Below, in pieces: positions 49,201-57,842 of a stretch of DNA of 64,000 bases (positions within the stretch are counted from its first letter, which is position 1; every line of letters starts with the position of its first letter). The notes under the pieces are model-generated. The model searched no databases. It had not been told where the DNA came from and saw nothing but the letters and a program-made list of their open reading frames with translations. Location: contig CAVRCI010000001.1 in NCBI GenBank assembly GCA_963719495.1, positions 192,001 to 256,000 of the forward strand, read 5' to 3'. The stretch comes from an uncultured Verrucomicrobiae bacterium (GTDB lineage: Bacteria > Verrucomicrobiota > Verrucomicrobiia > Chthoniobacterales > JAATET01). The translations under genes were made by a program, and so were the position numbers.

Positions 49201-49560
49201 CCACCAATCACCAATCACCAATCACCAATCACCGGCCCCACCTCCACCCACTCCGCCTGGTCCGACCGTCTCCGCAACGTCGAGGAACTCATCGACCTCC
49301 CCGAGGTCCGCGACTCCATCGCCCAAGCCCGCGAATTCGTCCGCTCCACCCGCCGAGACGCCATCCGGGGAAGCCGCGACCCGCAATGGGACCTCGTGGC
49401 GACCGAAATCCTCGCCCCGCTGGCCGAAGCGCAAACCCGCCTCCGAGAACAACTCGCCCGCCTAACCAAAGAAGACCCCCTCGTCCCCATCGAAAGAGAC
49501 CCCGTCCCAGCTCAATACACCGAAAGCGTAAAAACCTACTACGAACAGCTAGCGCGCTAA
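46210..49560 (+). CDS. Large membrane-anchored Ig-like/coiled-coil protein (DUF4175-like)
   Basis: ATG 46210; three N-terminal TM segments, beta domains, long helical region, C-terminal DPVPAQYTESVKTYYEQL. Confidence 0.8.
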   Translation: MLPALQAQLAAITARARLRARRTTAALCGLVLVAIGVGGLALTLTTGLHPGWLLLTLLVLAAASFLVVHLHSKAPPTARVVREIERNHPELQTALLAATENRPQPGQPPDDDFLRHRLELALSYEAAHGGWDDTASPGQLARLSVALWITAAITAALFLTFLALGLRRTILPSTTTTAADTGLTVEPGSIEIERGTPVAVLARFATTPPDRVTLEIGPDADHLTPTRLDRNLDDPVFATTVPPVQTDLVYRVTTDAGLTSQVHTISVFEFPKITRLDATLQPPGNPESNPPKTIENTRAITAPEGTLLTLTITTNQPIAAADLTPEKGTAIPLTVDPTAPTRLTTTFVLTQSTRYTIDLTDPADRRNQKPERFDVKVTKAVVPKFEIALPQRDARVTPIEEVAFQIDVKHRAPLADRGLTITVADSPPETIALGPAPSAKTPTPIRHLLRLEPRHVQPNDLITWFAWAEDTAPDGTPRRTEGELQFTSVRHFEETFRRLEANSQPGENLCVKLIKTQKEIVTSTWNLHRNPTPPRIDSDAPLIRDSEQIAIDIVDELQTILTDPHDLVILREAREDMTAALATLGSLIERTDPDLISLALESETQALAKLLQLSGKDWLMLVSKDSAPGDPPGPSQFDIDVAPIDDRYEANQAATAEADPEGAAARQILSRLRDLANRQKDLNAAINELLIALQRANDETEREDLQRQLAKLRQEQLENLAELDRLTQPRPELREQPPKTAQQSEMESARRDLNAAAEALEKSNPAEALANGRRAEEKLEDLRRDLEAQAANAFADELRNLRTAARDLAEEQRAISQALTDTPPQSSPTERQRPDLTDTTPAPTDLPGRLTRQREQLAKTTAALESLAEETAPTEPLLADNLTDALRETARAGTEQTLERASRFSQAGSPTFAKTASDQAAESLDQLAADIATAAASILGSEEKALRFAQSELDQLTQQITENNPSPPTPGESPSPGQSPGPPATASNPGQAPSTSPPPITNHQSPITGPTSTHSAWSDRLRNVEELIDLPEVRDSIAQAREFVRSTRRDAIRGSRDPQWDLVATEILAPLAEAQTRLREQLARLTKEDPLVPIERDPVPAQYTESVKTYYEQLAR

Positions 49561-49571
49561 AAAAGTCTAAT

Positions 49572-49655
49572 TCAAGGAGCGGCGGCTTCCAGCCGCCGAA
49601 CCGGCCAAGCGAAGCGAGCCTCGAGGAGCGGCGATTTGCAATCGCCGACCCAACC
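49572..49655 (+). repeat. Composite REP-like cluster: family C (GGAGCGGCGGCTTCCAGCCGCC) plus family B
   Basis: The same modules recur at 52067-52216. Confidence 0.85.
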
Positions 49656-49733
49656 AAAACGGCAAAGCCGTCATTCCGCATCCCCATCCCCCACCCAGCC
49701 ACCCCAGGCACCCCGCCGAAAACCCACCCCCAC

Positions 49734-52055
49734 ATGACCCTCACCCTAGGCAACCCCACCTGGCTCCTCCCAGCCACCCTCGCGCTCCTCGCCTTCGCCC
49801 TCCTCCTCGCGTGGACCTACGCCCGCCTCCCCCACATCCCCGTCACCACCCGCCTCGCCTGCTTCATCCTCAAATTCCTCGGCACCGCCGCCCTCATTTT
49901 CTTCCTCCTCGACCCCCGTCTCGAGCGCCAGATCGCCAAGCCCGGAGCCAACCACGTCGCCATCCTCGTCGACCGCAGCGCCAGCCTCGAGATCCCCGAC
50001 CCCACCACCGGCCGACCCCGCTCCGAGGAAATCCGCGACCTCCTCGCCCCCGACGCCCCCTGGCTCACCAACCTCGCCGCCACCCACACCGTCCACCGCC
50101 ACGTCTTCGACTCCCGCGTCCGAGCCGTCCCCGACTTCACCACCCTCACCTTCGACGGCCACCTCACCTCCCTCCACCAAGCCCTCGCGGATCTCGCCGA
50201 CCGCACCACCAACCTCCCCCTCTCCGGCCTCATCCTCCTCACCGACGGCAACGCCACCGACCCCACCACCCTGGCGCAGCCGCAAACCATTTCTCATTCC
50301 CCATTTCAAATTTCAAATTCACCCCCAATCTACCCCGTCCTCCTCGGACCCGACACCGCCCCCCCCGACCTCCGAATCGTCCACACCACCGCCACCGAAT
50401 CCGCCTTCGAGGACACCCCCGTCACCATCGAAGTCGAGATCGAAGCCACCGGCTTCCAGACCCGCGACGTCAAGGTCCAGCTCCTCGACCCAGCGACCCG
50501 GCAAGTCCTCACCACCGAAAAACGCCGCATCGCCACCGACTCCGCCCGCCTCCCCATCCGCTTCGAAATCCGCCCAAAAAACCCCGGCCTCTTCACCGCC
50601 ATCGCCCGCGTCGAGTCCACCACCGGCGTCCCCGAAGCCACCCTCGCCAACAACGAACGCCTCATCGCCCTCCCCCGCCGCTCCGACCCCATCCGCGTCC
50701 TCTACGTCGGCGGACGCCCAAATTGGGAACACAAATTCCTCAAGCGTGCCCTCGACCACGACGACCTCGTCCAACTCGTCAGCCTCATCCGCATCTCCGA
50801 CCGCACCCCCCGCTTCGCCTGGCGCGACGCCACCGCCGCCACCACCAACCCGCTCTACCAAGGCTTCGAAGCCGCCGAAGACGAGGCCGAGCGCTTCGAC
50901 GAACCCGTCCTCGTCCGACTCGACACCCGCGACGCCGCCGAGCTCCGCGGCGGTTTCCCGACCGCCGCCGCCGACCTCAACGCCTACGACGCCCTCATCC
51001 TCGACGACCTGCCAGCCACCTTCTTCACCCGCGACCAGCAACGCCTCATCGAGAGTTACGTCGCCGATCGCGGCGGCAGCCTCCTCGCCCTCGGCGGCAA
51101 CGAATCCTTCCGCCGCGGCCACTTCGAACGCACTCCCCTCGCCGACCTCCTCCCCGTCTACCTCGACCGCGCCCAGCGTCCGCCCCCCCGCGGCCCCGTC
51201 CGCCTCGACCTCACTCGAGAAGGTCTCCTCGCCCCCTGGACCCGCCTCCTCCCCACCGCCGAAGCCGAAAGCGCCCGCCTTGCCGCCCTCCCCCCGCTCC
51301 GCGTTCTCAACGACACCGGCGACGCCAAACCCGGAGCCACCACCCTCGCCACCGCCACCGAAGCCGACGGCACCATCCACCCCGCCCTCATCGCCCAATC
51401 CTACGGCCAGGGCCGCGTCGCCGCCCTCACCACCGGAGACCTCTGGCGCACCGGAATGGAATCCCCCGCCGCCCGCCGCGACCTCGAACGCACCTGGCGC
51501 CAGCTGCTCCGCTGGCTCGTCACCGACGTCCCCACCCGCGCCACCCTCACCGTCCGCCCCGACCCAGCCGCCCCCGACCAATCCACCGAACTCCGCGCCA
51601 CCCTCCGCGACGAAGATTTCAATCCAAAAATCCAACCCGACGTTCCCCTCGAAATCACCAACCCAGACGGCACCACCACCCTCCGCACCGCCCAACCCGA
51701 CCCCGCCACCCCCGCCACCCCCGGCACCCACACCCTCACCACCACCGCCCCCGGCCTCCACCGCGCCAACCTCGAGGGTGCCCCCGAAATCGCCTGGACC
51801 CTCGACCCCGAAGCCAAAGAATTCGAAACCCTCGGCATCAACAGATCCCTCCTCCAAACCCTCGCCACCGCAAGCCAGGGCGAACTCCTCAACCCAGCCG
51901 ACTTGAAAACGATCTCCGAGCGCCTCACCAAAAACGCCCAGACCATCCTGGAAACCCAATCCACCCCCCTCTGGCACCAATGGCCCTTCCTCTTGGGCGC
52001 AATCGCCTGCTTCGCCGCGGAATGGACCCTCCGAAGAAAAAAGAACCTCCCATGA
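49734..52055 (+). CDS. Membrane protein with VWA-like and class I glutamine-amidotransferase-like domains
   Basis: ATG 49734; two TM segments; DRSAS..LLTDG; RVLYVGGRPNWEHKFL; GGSLLALGG; EWTLRR end. Confidence 0.8.
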   Translation: MTLTLGNPTWLLPATLALLAFALLLAWTYARLPHIPVTTRLACFILKFLGTAALIFFLLDPRLERQIAKPGANHVAILVDRSASLEIPDPTTGRPRSEEIRDLLAPDAPWLTNLAATHTVHRHVFDSRVRAVPDFTTLTFDGHLTSLHQALADLADRTTNLPLSGLILLTDGNATDPTTLAQPQTISHSPFQISNSPPIYPVLLGPDTAPPDLRIVHTTATESAFEDTPVTIEVEIEATGFQTRDVKVQLLDPATRQVLTTEKRRIATDSARLPIRFEIRPKNPGLFTAIARVESTTGVPEATLANNERLIALPRRSDPIRVLYVGGRPNWEHKFLKRALDHDDLVQLVSLIRISDRTPRFAWRDATAATTNPLYQGFEAAEDEAERFDEPVLVRLDTRDAAELRGGFPTAAADLNAYDALILDDLPATFFTRDQQRLIESYVADRGGSLLALGGNESFRRGHFERTPLADLLPVYLDRAQRPPPRGPVRLDLTREGLLAPWTRLLPTAEAESARLAALPPLRVLNDTGDAKPGATTLATATEADGTIHPALIAQSYGQGRVAALTTGDLWRTGMESPAARRDLERTWRQLLRWLVTDVPTRATLTVRPDPAAPDQSTELRATLRDEDFNPKIQPDVPLEITNPDGTTTLRTAQPDPATPATPGTHTLTTTAPGLHRANLEGAPEIAWTLDPEAKEFETLGINRSLLQTLATASQGELLNPADLKTISERLTKNAQTILETQSTPLWHQWPFLLGAIACFAAEWTLRRKKNLP

Positions 52056-53206
52056 AAAAAACTAAATCAAGGAGCGACGGCTTCCAGCCGCCGGGGAGCG
52101 CACGCGTCCCCGCGTGCGAGATGCGGCGTCCCGCCGCATCGCAAGGCAAATCGAGCAAAGCGAGAGAGCCGAAGTCCACAAAGAGCGGCGATTTGCAATC
52201 GCCGAACCAACCCAACCGCGACCGAAGGTCGCCACTCCCCCTCCGCATCCTCACCGCCGCCGCAACCCTCATCGCCGCAACCCTCGCCCCCCTCCAAGCC
52301 ACCACCCCCCGCCAAATTCTCATCCTGGTCGGCACCCCCGGCGAAGACTCCTACGCCGAGCGATTCGCCACCTGGACCGCCAACGTCACCATCACCGCAA
52401 CCCGCGCCGGAATCACCCCAACCGTCATCGACGCCGAGACGCCCGACCCCCGCGAGGCCCTCACCGAATTCCTAAAACCGCTCGCCACCCCATCCGACCC
52501 AGCCACCCCACCCCCCAGCGAACTCTGGATCATCCTCATCGGCCACGGCACCGACGACGGCAAAACCGCCAACTTCAACCTCCAAGGCGACGACATCAGC
52601 CAGCACGAATTCGCCAAGCTCCTCGCCCCCATCCAGCGCCCCATCGTTTTCGCCAACCTCACCGCATCCAGCGGCCCCTTCCTCGAAGCGCTCTCCGGCC
52701 CCGACCGCACGATCATCACCGCCACCCGCGGCGGAAAACAGCGCGACTTCGCCCACTTCGGCGAATTCTTCACCAAGTCCCTCGCCGACCCCGTCGCCGA
52801 CCTCGACAAAGACGGCCAGACCTCCCTCCTCGAAGCCTTCCTCGCCGCCTCGACCGCCACCACCGCCTCCTACGAAGCCGACCAACGCCTCCCCGCCGAA
52901 AACGCCCTCATCGACGACAACGGCGACAAAAGAGGCACCCCCGCCGAAGCCTTCCAAGGCCTCACCCCAAAAATCGCCCCAATGTCCACCGAACTCCCCG
53001 ACGGCGAAATCGCCACCCGCATCGTCCTCATCCCATCCCCCGAAGAAGCCGCCATCCCGGAAAATCTCAAAACCCAACGCACCGCCATCGAACTCCAAAT
53101 CGCCCGCCTAAAAACCCAAAAACCAACCCTGGACGAGGACACGTTCTACGCCCGCCTGGAAATTCTCCTAATCGACCTCGCCCACCTCTACCAAAAAATC
53201 GACTAG
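52052..53206 (+). CDS. Hypothetical secreted protein, possible caspase/legumain-like fold; N-terminus built from repeats
   Basis: ATG overlaps the upstream stop; h-region ILTAAATLIAATLAPLQA; LIGHG, TASSGPF, DLDKDG. Confidence 0.7.
   Translation: MKKTKSRSDGFQPPGSARVPACEMRRPAASQGKSSKAREPKSTKSGDLQSPNQPNRDRRSPLPLRILTAAATLIAATLAPLQATTPRQILILVGTPGEDSYAERFATWTANVTITATRAGITPTVIDAETPDPREALTEFLKPLATPSDPATPPPSELWIILIGHGTDDGKTANFNLQGDDISQHEFAKLLAPIQRPIVFANLTASSGPFLEALSGPDRTIITATRGGKQRDFAHFGEFFTKSLADPVADLDKDGQTSLLEAFLAASTATTASYEADQRLPAENALIDDNGDKRGTPAEAFQGLTPKIAPMSTELPDGEIATRIVLIPSPEEAAIPENLKTQRTAIELQIARLKTQKPTLDEDTFYARLEILLIDLAHLYQKID
52067..52238 (+). repeat. Composite cluster (families C, A, B and a GCGACCGAAGGTCGC hairpin) inside the 5' end of a CDS
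   Basis: Direct matches to 49572-49655, 12606-12685 and 44110-44144. Confidence 0.9.
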
Positions 53207-53285
53207 GGGAACGCACGCGTCCCCGCGTGCGAGATGCGGCGTCCCGCCGCATCACCCCGGCAAATCGAGCAAAGCGAGAGAGCCG
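53206..53285 (+). repeat. REP-like family A copy (intergenic, between convergent genes)
   Basis: Near-identical to 12606-12685; begins on the last base of a TAG stop. Confidence 0.9.
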
Positions 53286-53291
53286 CCGACC

Positions 53292-53975
53292 TCACCCACC
53301 CCGCCCAGCCAGCACCGCCTCCGCCAGCCCCACATCCCGTGGAATCGTCACCTTGAAATTCCAATCCAAATTCTCCACCAACCGCGCCGCCACCCCGATC
53401 CGCAGCACCGCCGAAGTTTCATCCGTCACCGCCACTCCGTCCCGCGCCACCGCCCCCAGCGCCCGCCGCAGCAACCCCGTCTCGAAAACCTGCGGAGTCT
53501 GAATCCGCCAAAGCTCCTCCCGGTCCACCACCTCGCCACCGCATCCATCCACCTCACGCTGCAGCGTATCCGTCACCCGCTCCGCCGCCGTCGCCGCACC
53601 GCCTTCCCGCGCCGCCGCCAAACACCGCGAGATCAGTTCCTTCGTCACAAGCGGCCGCGCCGCATCGTGCACCGCCACAAAATCCCCGGAAACCACCGCC
53701 ACCCCGCGCGCCACCGACTCCTGACGCGATTCCCCACCCTCCACAAACCGCACACTCATCACCCCAGAATCCATCCCAACCAGCGCCGCCCTCACCGCCG
53801 CCTCCCGCCCAGCCCCGACGACAACCACGACCTCGCCAACCTCCTCACACCTCGCAAACGCCCCCACCGACCACCGCACCAACGGCACTCCCGCCACCGG
53901 CACCATCACCTTATCAAACCCCATCCGGCGGCTCCCGCCGCCAGCCACGATCACCGCCGAGCAGTCACCCCTCAT
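53292..53975 (-). CDS. ispD: 2-C-methyl-D-erythritol 4-phosphate cytidylyltransferase
   Basis: VAGGGSRRMG, GGESRQESV, VHDAARP, QTPQVF, TDE, NFKVT. Confidence 0.93.
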   Translation of the reverse strand: MRGDCSAVIVAGGGSRRMGFDKVMVPVAGVPLVRWSVGAFARCEEVGEVVVVVGAGREAAVRAALVGMDSGVMSVRFVEGGESRQESVARGVAVVSGDFVAVHDAARPLVTKELISRCLAAAREGGAATAAERVTDTLQREVDGCGGEVVDREELWRIQTPQVFETGLLRRALGAVARDGVAVTDETSAVLRIGVAARLVENLDWNFKVTIPRDVGLAEAVLAGRGG

Positions 53976-54011
53976 TCAGCATTCAGCATTCAGCATTTCA
54001 AATTTCCCATT
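53973..54011. repeat. 7-mer tandem array (CATTCAG type)
   Basis: cattcagcattcagcattcagcatttcaaatttcccatt; fills the yqeY-ispD gap and includes the ispD ATG. Confidence 0.85.
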
Positions 54012-54463
54012 TAAGAAAGCTGCCGCTGCACTTCCGCACTCAACGCCTTCCCATCCACCCGCCCCTCCGCCTTCGCGTTCGCCACCTTCATCACCGCGCC
54101 CATCTCTTTCCGCGAAGTCGCCCCGACCTCCGCAATCGCCGCCGCCACCATCGACGTGAGGTCCTCGGCGCTCATCGCCGCCGGCAGATACTCGTTGAGA
54201 ATCACGATCTCCGCGCACTCCTTGTCCGCCAGCTCCGGCCGTCCCCCCTTTTCGAAACCCTCGATCGAATCCTGCCGTTTCTTCACTTCCTTGCGCACCA
54301 CCGCCATCGACTCCGCGTCCTCGAGTTCCGTCCCCGCGCCCCCTTTTTCAATCGCCGCGTTCATCAACGCGCTCTTCAGCATCCGCAACACCCCCAGCCG
54401 GTCCGCCGCCTTCGCCCGCATCGCATCCTTGATCTCCGAGTCAATCCGTTCCTTCAAATTCAT
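54011..54463 (-). CDS. GatB/YqeY domain protein
   Basis: KDAMRAK, KEVKKRQDS, YLP, MGAVM, DGK. Confidence 0.92.
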   Translation of the reverse strand: MNLKERIDSEIKDAMRAKAADRLGVLRMLKSALMNAAIEKGGAGTELEDAESMAVVRKEVKKRQDSIEGFEKGGRPELADKECAEIVILNEYLPAAMSAEDLTSMVAAAIAEVGATSRKEMGAVMKVANAKAEGRVDGKALSAEVQRQLS

Positions 54464-54475
54464 CTGCGGAAAATA

Positions 54476-54552
54476 GACAGGATTAACAGGATTGACAGGA
54501 TTTCTCCCGAGACCCGCTATTCCCTAATCCTGTAAATCCTGTAAATCCTGTC
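54476..54552. repeat. Inverted pair of 9-mer tandem arrays (ACAGGATTN)
   Basis: gacaggattaacaggattgacaggatt ... aatcctgtaaatcctgtaaatcctgtc. Confidence 0.9.
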
Positions 54553-54561
54553 CTCCACATC

Positions 54562-55914
54562 ATGTCCGTTCGCACCCGCTTCGCCCCATCGCCCACCGGT
54601 TTCCTCCACGTCGGAGGCGCCCGCACCGCCCTCTTCAACTGGCTCTACGCCCGCAAACACAACGGCACCTTCGTCCTCCGAGTCGAGGACACCGACGCCG
54701 CCCGCAACACCGACGAAGCCTACCAGGTCATCTACGACGGCCTCCGCTGGCTCGGTCTCGAGTGGGACGAAGGCCCGGAAATCGGCGGCGACTACGGCCC
54801 GTATTTCCAGAGTCAGCGCAACGAAATCTACGAAAAACACTTCGCCGTCCTCCGCGACGCCGGCCACCTCTACGAAGACGGCGGCTCCTTCCGCTTCCGT
54901 TCTCCGCGCGAGACCGTCACCGTCAACGACCTCGTCTGCGGCAAGATCGACTTCGACCTGTCGAACCCCGGCACCCACCCCGACCTCACCATTCGCCGCC
55001 CCGATGGCTCCTGGATTTTCCACTTCGTCAACGTCGTCGACGACATCGAGATGAAGATGACCCACGTCATCCGCGGCGAAGACCACCTCTCCAACACCCC
55101 CAAACACGTCGAGCTCTACCAGGCCCTCGGCGCCACCCCACCCGCCTTCGCCCACATCCCCCTCATCCTCAACCAAGCCGGAAAAAAGCTCAGCAAGCGC
55201 GACGGCGGCTCCTCCATCACCAAATACATCGACGAAGGCTACGTCCCCGAGGCCGTGGCAAACTATCTCTCGCTCCTCGGCTGGTCGCCCAAGGAAAACC
55301 GCGAATTTCTCCACCTCGCCGAGATTCTCGAGCTCTTCACCCTCGACAACGTCAACCGCCGCAACGCCATCTTCGACCTCGACAAGTGCTTCTGGCTCAA
55401 TGGCCAGCACCTCATCGAAATGACCCTCGACCGCTTCGCCGAGCTGGCCCTCCCCTACGTCGACAAAGCCGGCGTCCCCCACGGCACGACGGAAGCCCTT
55501 CTCCCCGCCCTCGCCATCGTCAAACCCAAGGTCAAGCACCTCTCCGACGTCCCCGACTGGATCGGCTACCTCTTCACCGAAGACTACGAATACGAAGAAG
55601 CCGCCGCGGCCAAAGCCCTCGGAAAACCCGACGCCCTCACCCACCTCGCCACCCTCCGCGCCGCCTACTCCACCGTCGACCCCGCCAATTGGAACCACGA
55701 AAACCTCGAAGCCGTCCTCAAAAGCACCGCCGAGTCCGCCAGCGCCAAAACCGGAGCCTTCATTCACCCAGCCCGCTTAGCCGTCAGTGGCCGAGACGTC
55801 GGCCCCGGCCTCTACGAAATGCTCGAAGTCCTCGGAAAAGACCGCACCATCACCCGAATCAACCGAACCATCGAGCGTTTCTCCCAACTTGGCGAACCGC
55901 CAGCCGCGGAGTAG
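54562..55914 (+). CDS. gltX: Glutamate--tRNA ligase
   Basis: RFAPSPTGFLHVGGART, IRGEDH, KLSKR. Confidence 0.96.
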   Translation: MSVRTRFAPSPTGFLHVGGARTALFNWLYARKHNGTFVLRVEDTDAARNTDEAYQVIYDGLRWLGLEWDEGPEIGGDYGPYFQSQRNEIYEKHFAVLRDAGHLYEDGGSFRFRSPRETVTVNDLVCGKIDFDLSNPGTHPDLTIRRPDGSWIFHFVNVVDDIEMKMTHVIRGEDHLSNTPKHVELYQALGATPPAFAHIPLILNQAGKKLSKRDGGSSITKYIDEGYVPEAVANYLSLLGWSPKENREFLHLAEILELFTLDNVNRRNAIFDLDKCFWLNGQHLIEMTLDRFAELALPYVDKAGVPHGTTEALLPALAIVKPKVKHLSDVPDWIGYLFTEDYEYEEAAAAKALGKPDALTHLATLRAAYSTVDPANWNHENLEAVLKSTAESASAKTGAFIHPARLAVSGRDVGPGLYEMLEVLGKDRTITRINRTIERFSQLGEPPAAE

Positions 55915-55922
55915 ATTTCAAC

Positions 55923-56459
55923 ATGCCGCTGACCATCGAACTTCCCGAGCGCGAATCTCTCACGGAGTTCAACCTCCGTCGCTGGGAGGAAATTCTTGCC
56001 GACCCGCCCTTCCCCGACCACCCGGGCCGGGTCGAAACCGATCGGCATGGCCACCTCATCATGACCCCTTTCGCGTCTAGTTTTCACGGCGGTTTCCAAG
56101 CCGATCTCATCACCCTCCTCGCGGCCCACCTCTCGACCGGACGCACCAGCGTCGAATGCCCCGTCTCGACTTCGGATGGGGTGAAAATCGCCGACGTCGT
56201 TTGGTGCTCGTCCGACCGCTACGAACACCTTCGCCATGAAGTCTGCTACTCCATCGCTCCGGAAATTTGCGTCGAAGTGGTGTCCCCCTCCAACACCAAG
56301 CGCGAACTAACCGAGAAAACCGCCCTCTACCTCGAAGCCGGAGCCATCGAAGTTTGGCTCTGCGAAGCCGACGGTCGGATGATTTTTCAGAAAGCTACGG
56401 GTGTCATTTCCCGCTCCGAAATCTGCCCCGCTTTCCCGGCTCACATTCCGCAGCCATAA
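55923..56459 (+). CDS. Uma2 family (PD-(D/E)XK) endonuclease-like protein
   Basis: KIADVVW, APEICVEVVSPSN, YLEAGAIEVW. Confidence 0.9.
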   Translation: MPLTIELPERESLTEFNLRRWEEILADPPFPDHPGRVETDRHGHLIMTPFASSFHGGFQADLITLLAAHLSTGRTSVECPVSTSDGVKIADVVWCSSDRYEHLRHEVCYSIAPEICVEVVSPSNTKRELTEKTALYLEAGAIEVWLCEADGRMIFQKATGVISRSEICPAFPAHIPQP

Positions 56460-56463
56460 CTTG

Positions 56464-57384
56464 ATGGCCACCACCACCCACACCCTCGACGACCTCACCT
56501 CCGGCAAACTTGCCGCACTCACCCCACCCGCCCGCCTCGCCGTCATCGGTGACCCCATCGCCCACACCCGCTCCCCCGCCTTTCAAAACGCCGCGCTCAA
56601 AGCCGCGGGCATCGAAGCCCAATACGTCGCCATCCACGTCACCCCCGCCGAACTCGAAACCGCCCTCCGCGCCCTCCCCGACCAAGGCTTCGTCGGCGCC
56701 AACGTCACCGTCCCCCACAAAACCGCCACCCGCGCCCTCGTGGACGACCTCGACCCCGCCGTCGCTCTCGCCGGCGGAGTCAACACCGTCGTCGTCCGCG
56801 ACGACCACACCCTCCAGGGCTTCAGCACCGACGGCCCCGGCTTCGCCCGCGCCATCCGCGAGCAATTCTCCGTCGACCTCCGCGACCTCCGCATCCTCGT
56901 CCTGGGAGCCGGCGGCGGAGCCGGCCGCGCCATCGCCGCCCAGTGCGCCCTCGCCCACTGCGAACGCCTCGTCCTCGTCAACCGCACGGTTCAGAAAGCC
57001 CGGGAGCTCGCCGCCGAGCTCGCCCCCCACTTCCGCTCCGACCGCCTCGAAGGCCCCGTCGACCGCCTCGAAGCCATCCCCCACGACCCCGACGCCCTCG
57101 CCCGCCACCTCGATTACGTCGACCTCGTCGTCAACGCGACCACTCTCGGCATGAAGCGCTCCGACCCGCCCGCGCTCCCATCCTCCCTCCTTACCCCCAA
57201 TCTCATGGTCTACGACACCGTCTACGCGAACGGCCAAAGCCGCCTCGTCGAAGACGCCCGCGCCGCCGGAGCCCGCGCCGCCGACGGCCTTTCCATGCTC
57301 CTGCACCAAGGAGCCCTCAGTTTCGAAATCTGGTTCAACCGCGACGCCCCCCTCGCCGCCATGCGCACCGCGCTCGAAACCTGA
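56464..57384 (+). CDS. aroE: Shikimate dehydrogenase
   Basis: GDPIAHTRSP, GANVTVPHK, VNT, TDG, GAGG, NAT, GLSMLLHQG. Confidence 0.94.
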   Translation: MATTTHTLDDLTSGKLAALTPPARLAVIGDPIAHTRSPAFQNAALKAAGIEAQYVAIHVTPAELETALRALPDQGFVGANVTVPHKTATRALVDDLDPAVALAGGVNTVVVRDDHTLQGFSTDGPGFARAIREQFSVDLRDLRILVLGAGGGAGRAIAAQCALAHCERLVLVNRTVQKARELAAELAPHFRSDRLEGPVDRLEAIPHDPDALARHLDYVDLVVNATTLGMKRSDPPALPSSLLTPNLMVYDTVYANGQSRLVEDARAAGARAADGLSMLLHQGALSFEIWFNRDAPLAAMRTALET

Positions 57385-57437
57385 CTCCGGACATTTATCC
57401 TATTGACTACGGCCATCTGACCCGCGACGTTCCTTCC

Positions 57438-57842
57438 ATGATCGTCGCCGAACAACCCGCCCGTTACTTCACCCGCGATCGCGAGATCCTCGACCGCATC
57501 GCGGCGATCCGCGAGGGCATGCCCGTCGCCGATCTCGCCAACCTCGCCACCCGCACCGGCCTCCCAATCAGCGCCCTCGCCGAGAGCCTCCGCCTCAACA
57601 CCCGCACCCTCCGCCGCCGCACCGACCGCCTCAACGCCGAAGAGACCGAGAAATTCCTCCGCGTCACCCGCGTTCTCGACCGCGCCGAAGAGCTCATGGA
57701 TCCCGAAGCCGCCCGTCAGTGGCTCACCGAGCCAGCGATCGCCCTCGGTCGCCGCACCCCGATCAGCCTCCTCGACACCGACCTCGGCACCGCCCAGGTC
57801 TTCACCGTCCTCGGCGCCATCGATTGGTGCATGGGCGTATGA
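57438..57842 (+). CDS. Antitoxin, Xre/MbcA/ParS family
   Basis: HTH, then ARQWLTEPAIALGRRTPISLLDT; upstream of and overlapping the RES gene. Confidence 0.88.
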   Translation: MIVAEQPARYFTRDREILDRIAAIREGMPVADLANLATRTGLPISALAESLRLNTRTLRRRTDRLNAEETEKFLRVTRVLDRAEELMDPEAARQWLTEPAIALGRRTPISLLDTDLGTAQVFTVLGAIDWCMGV

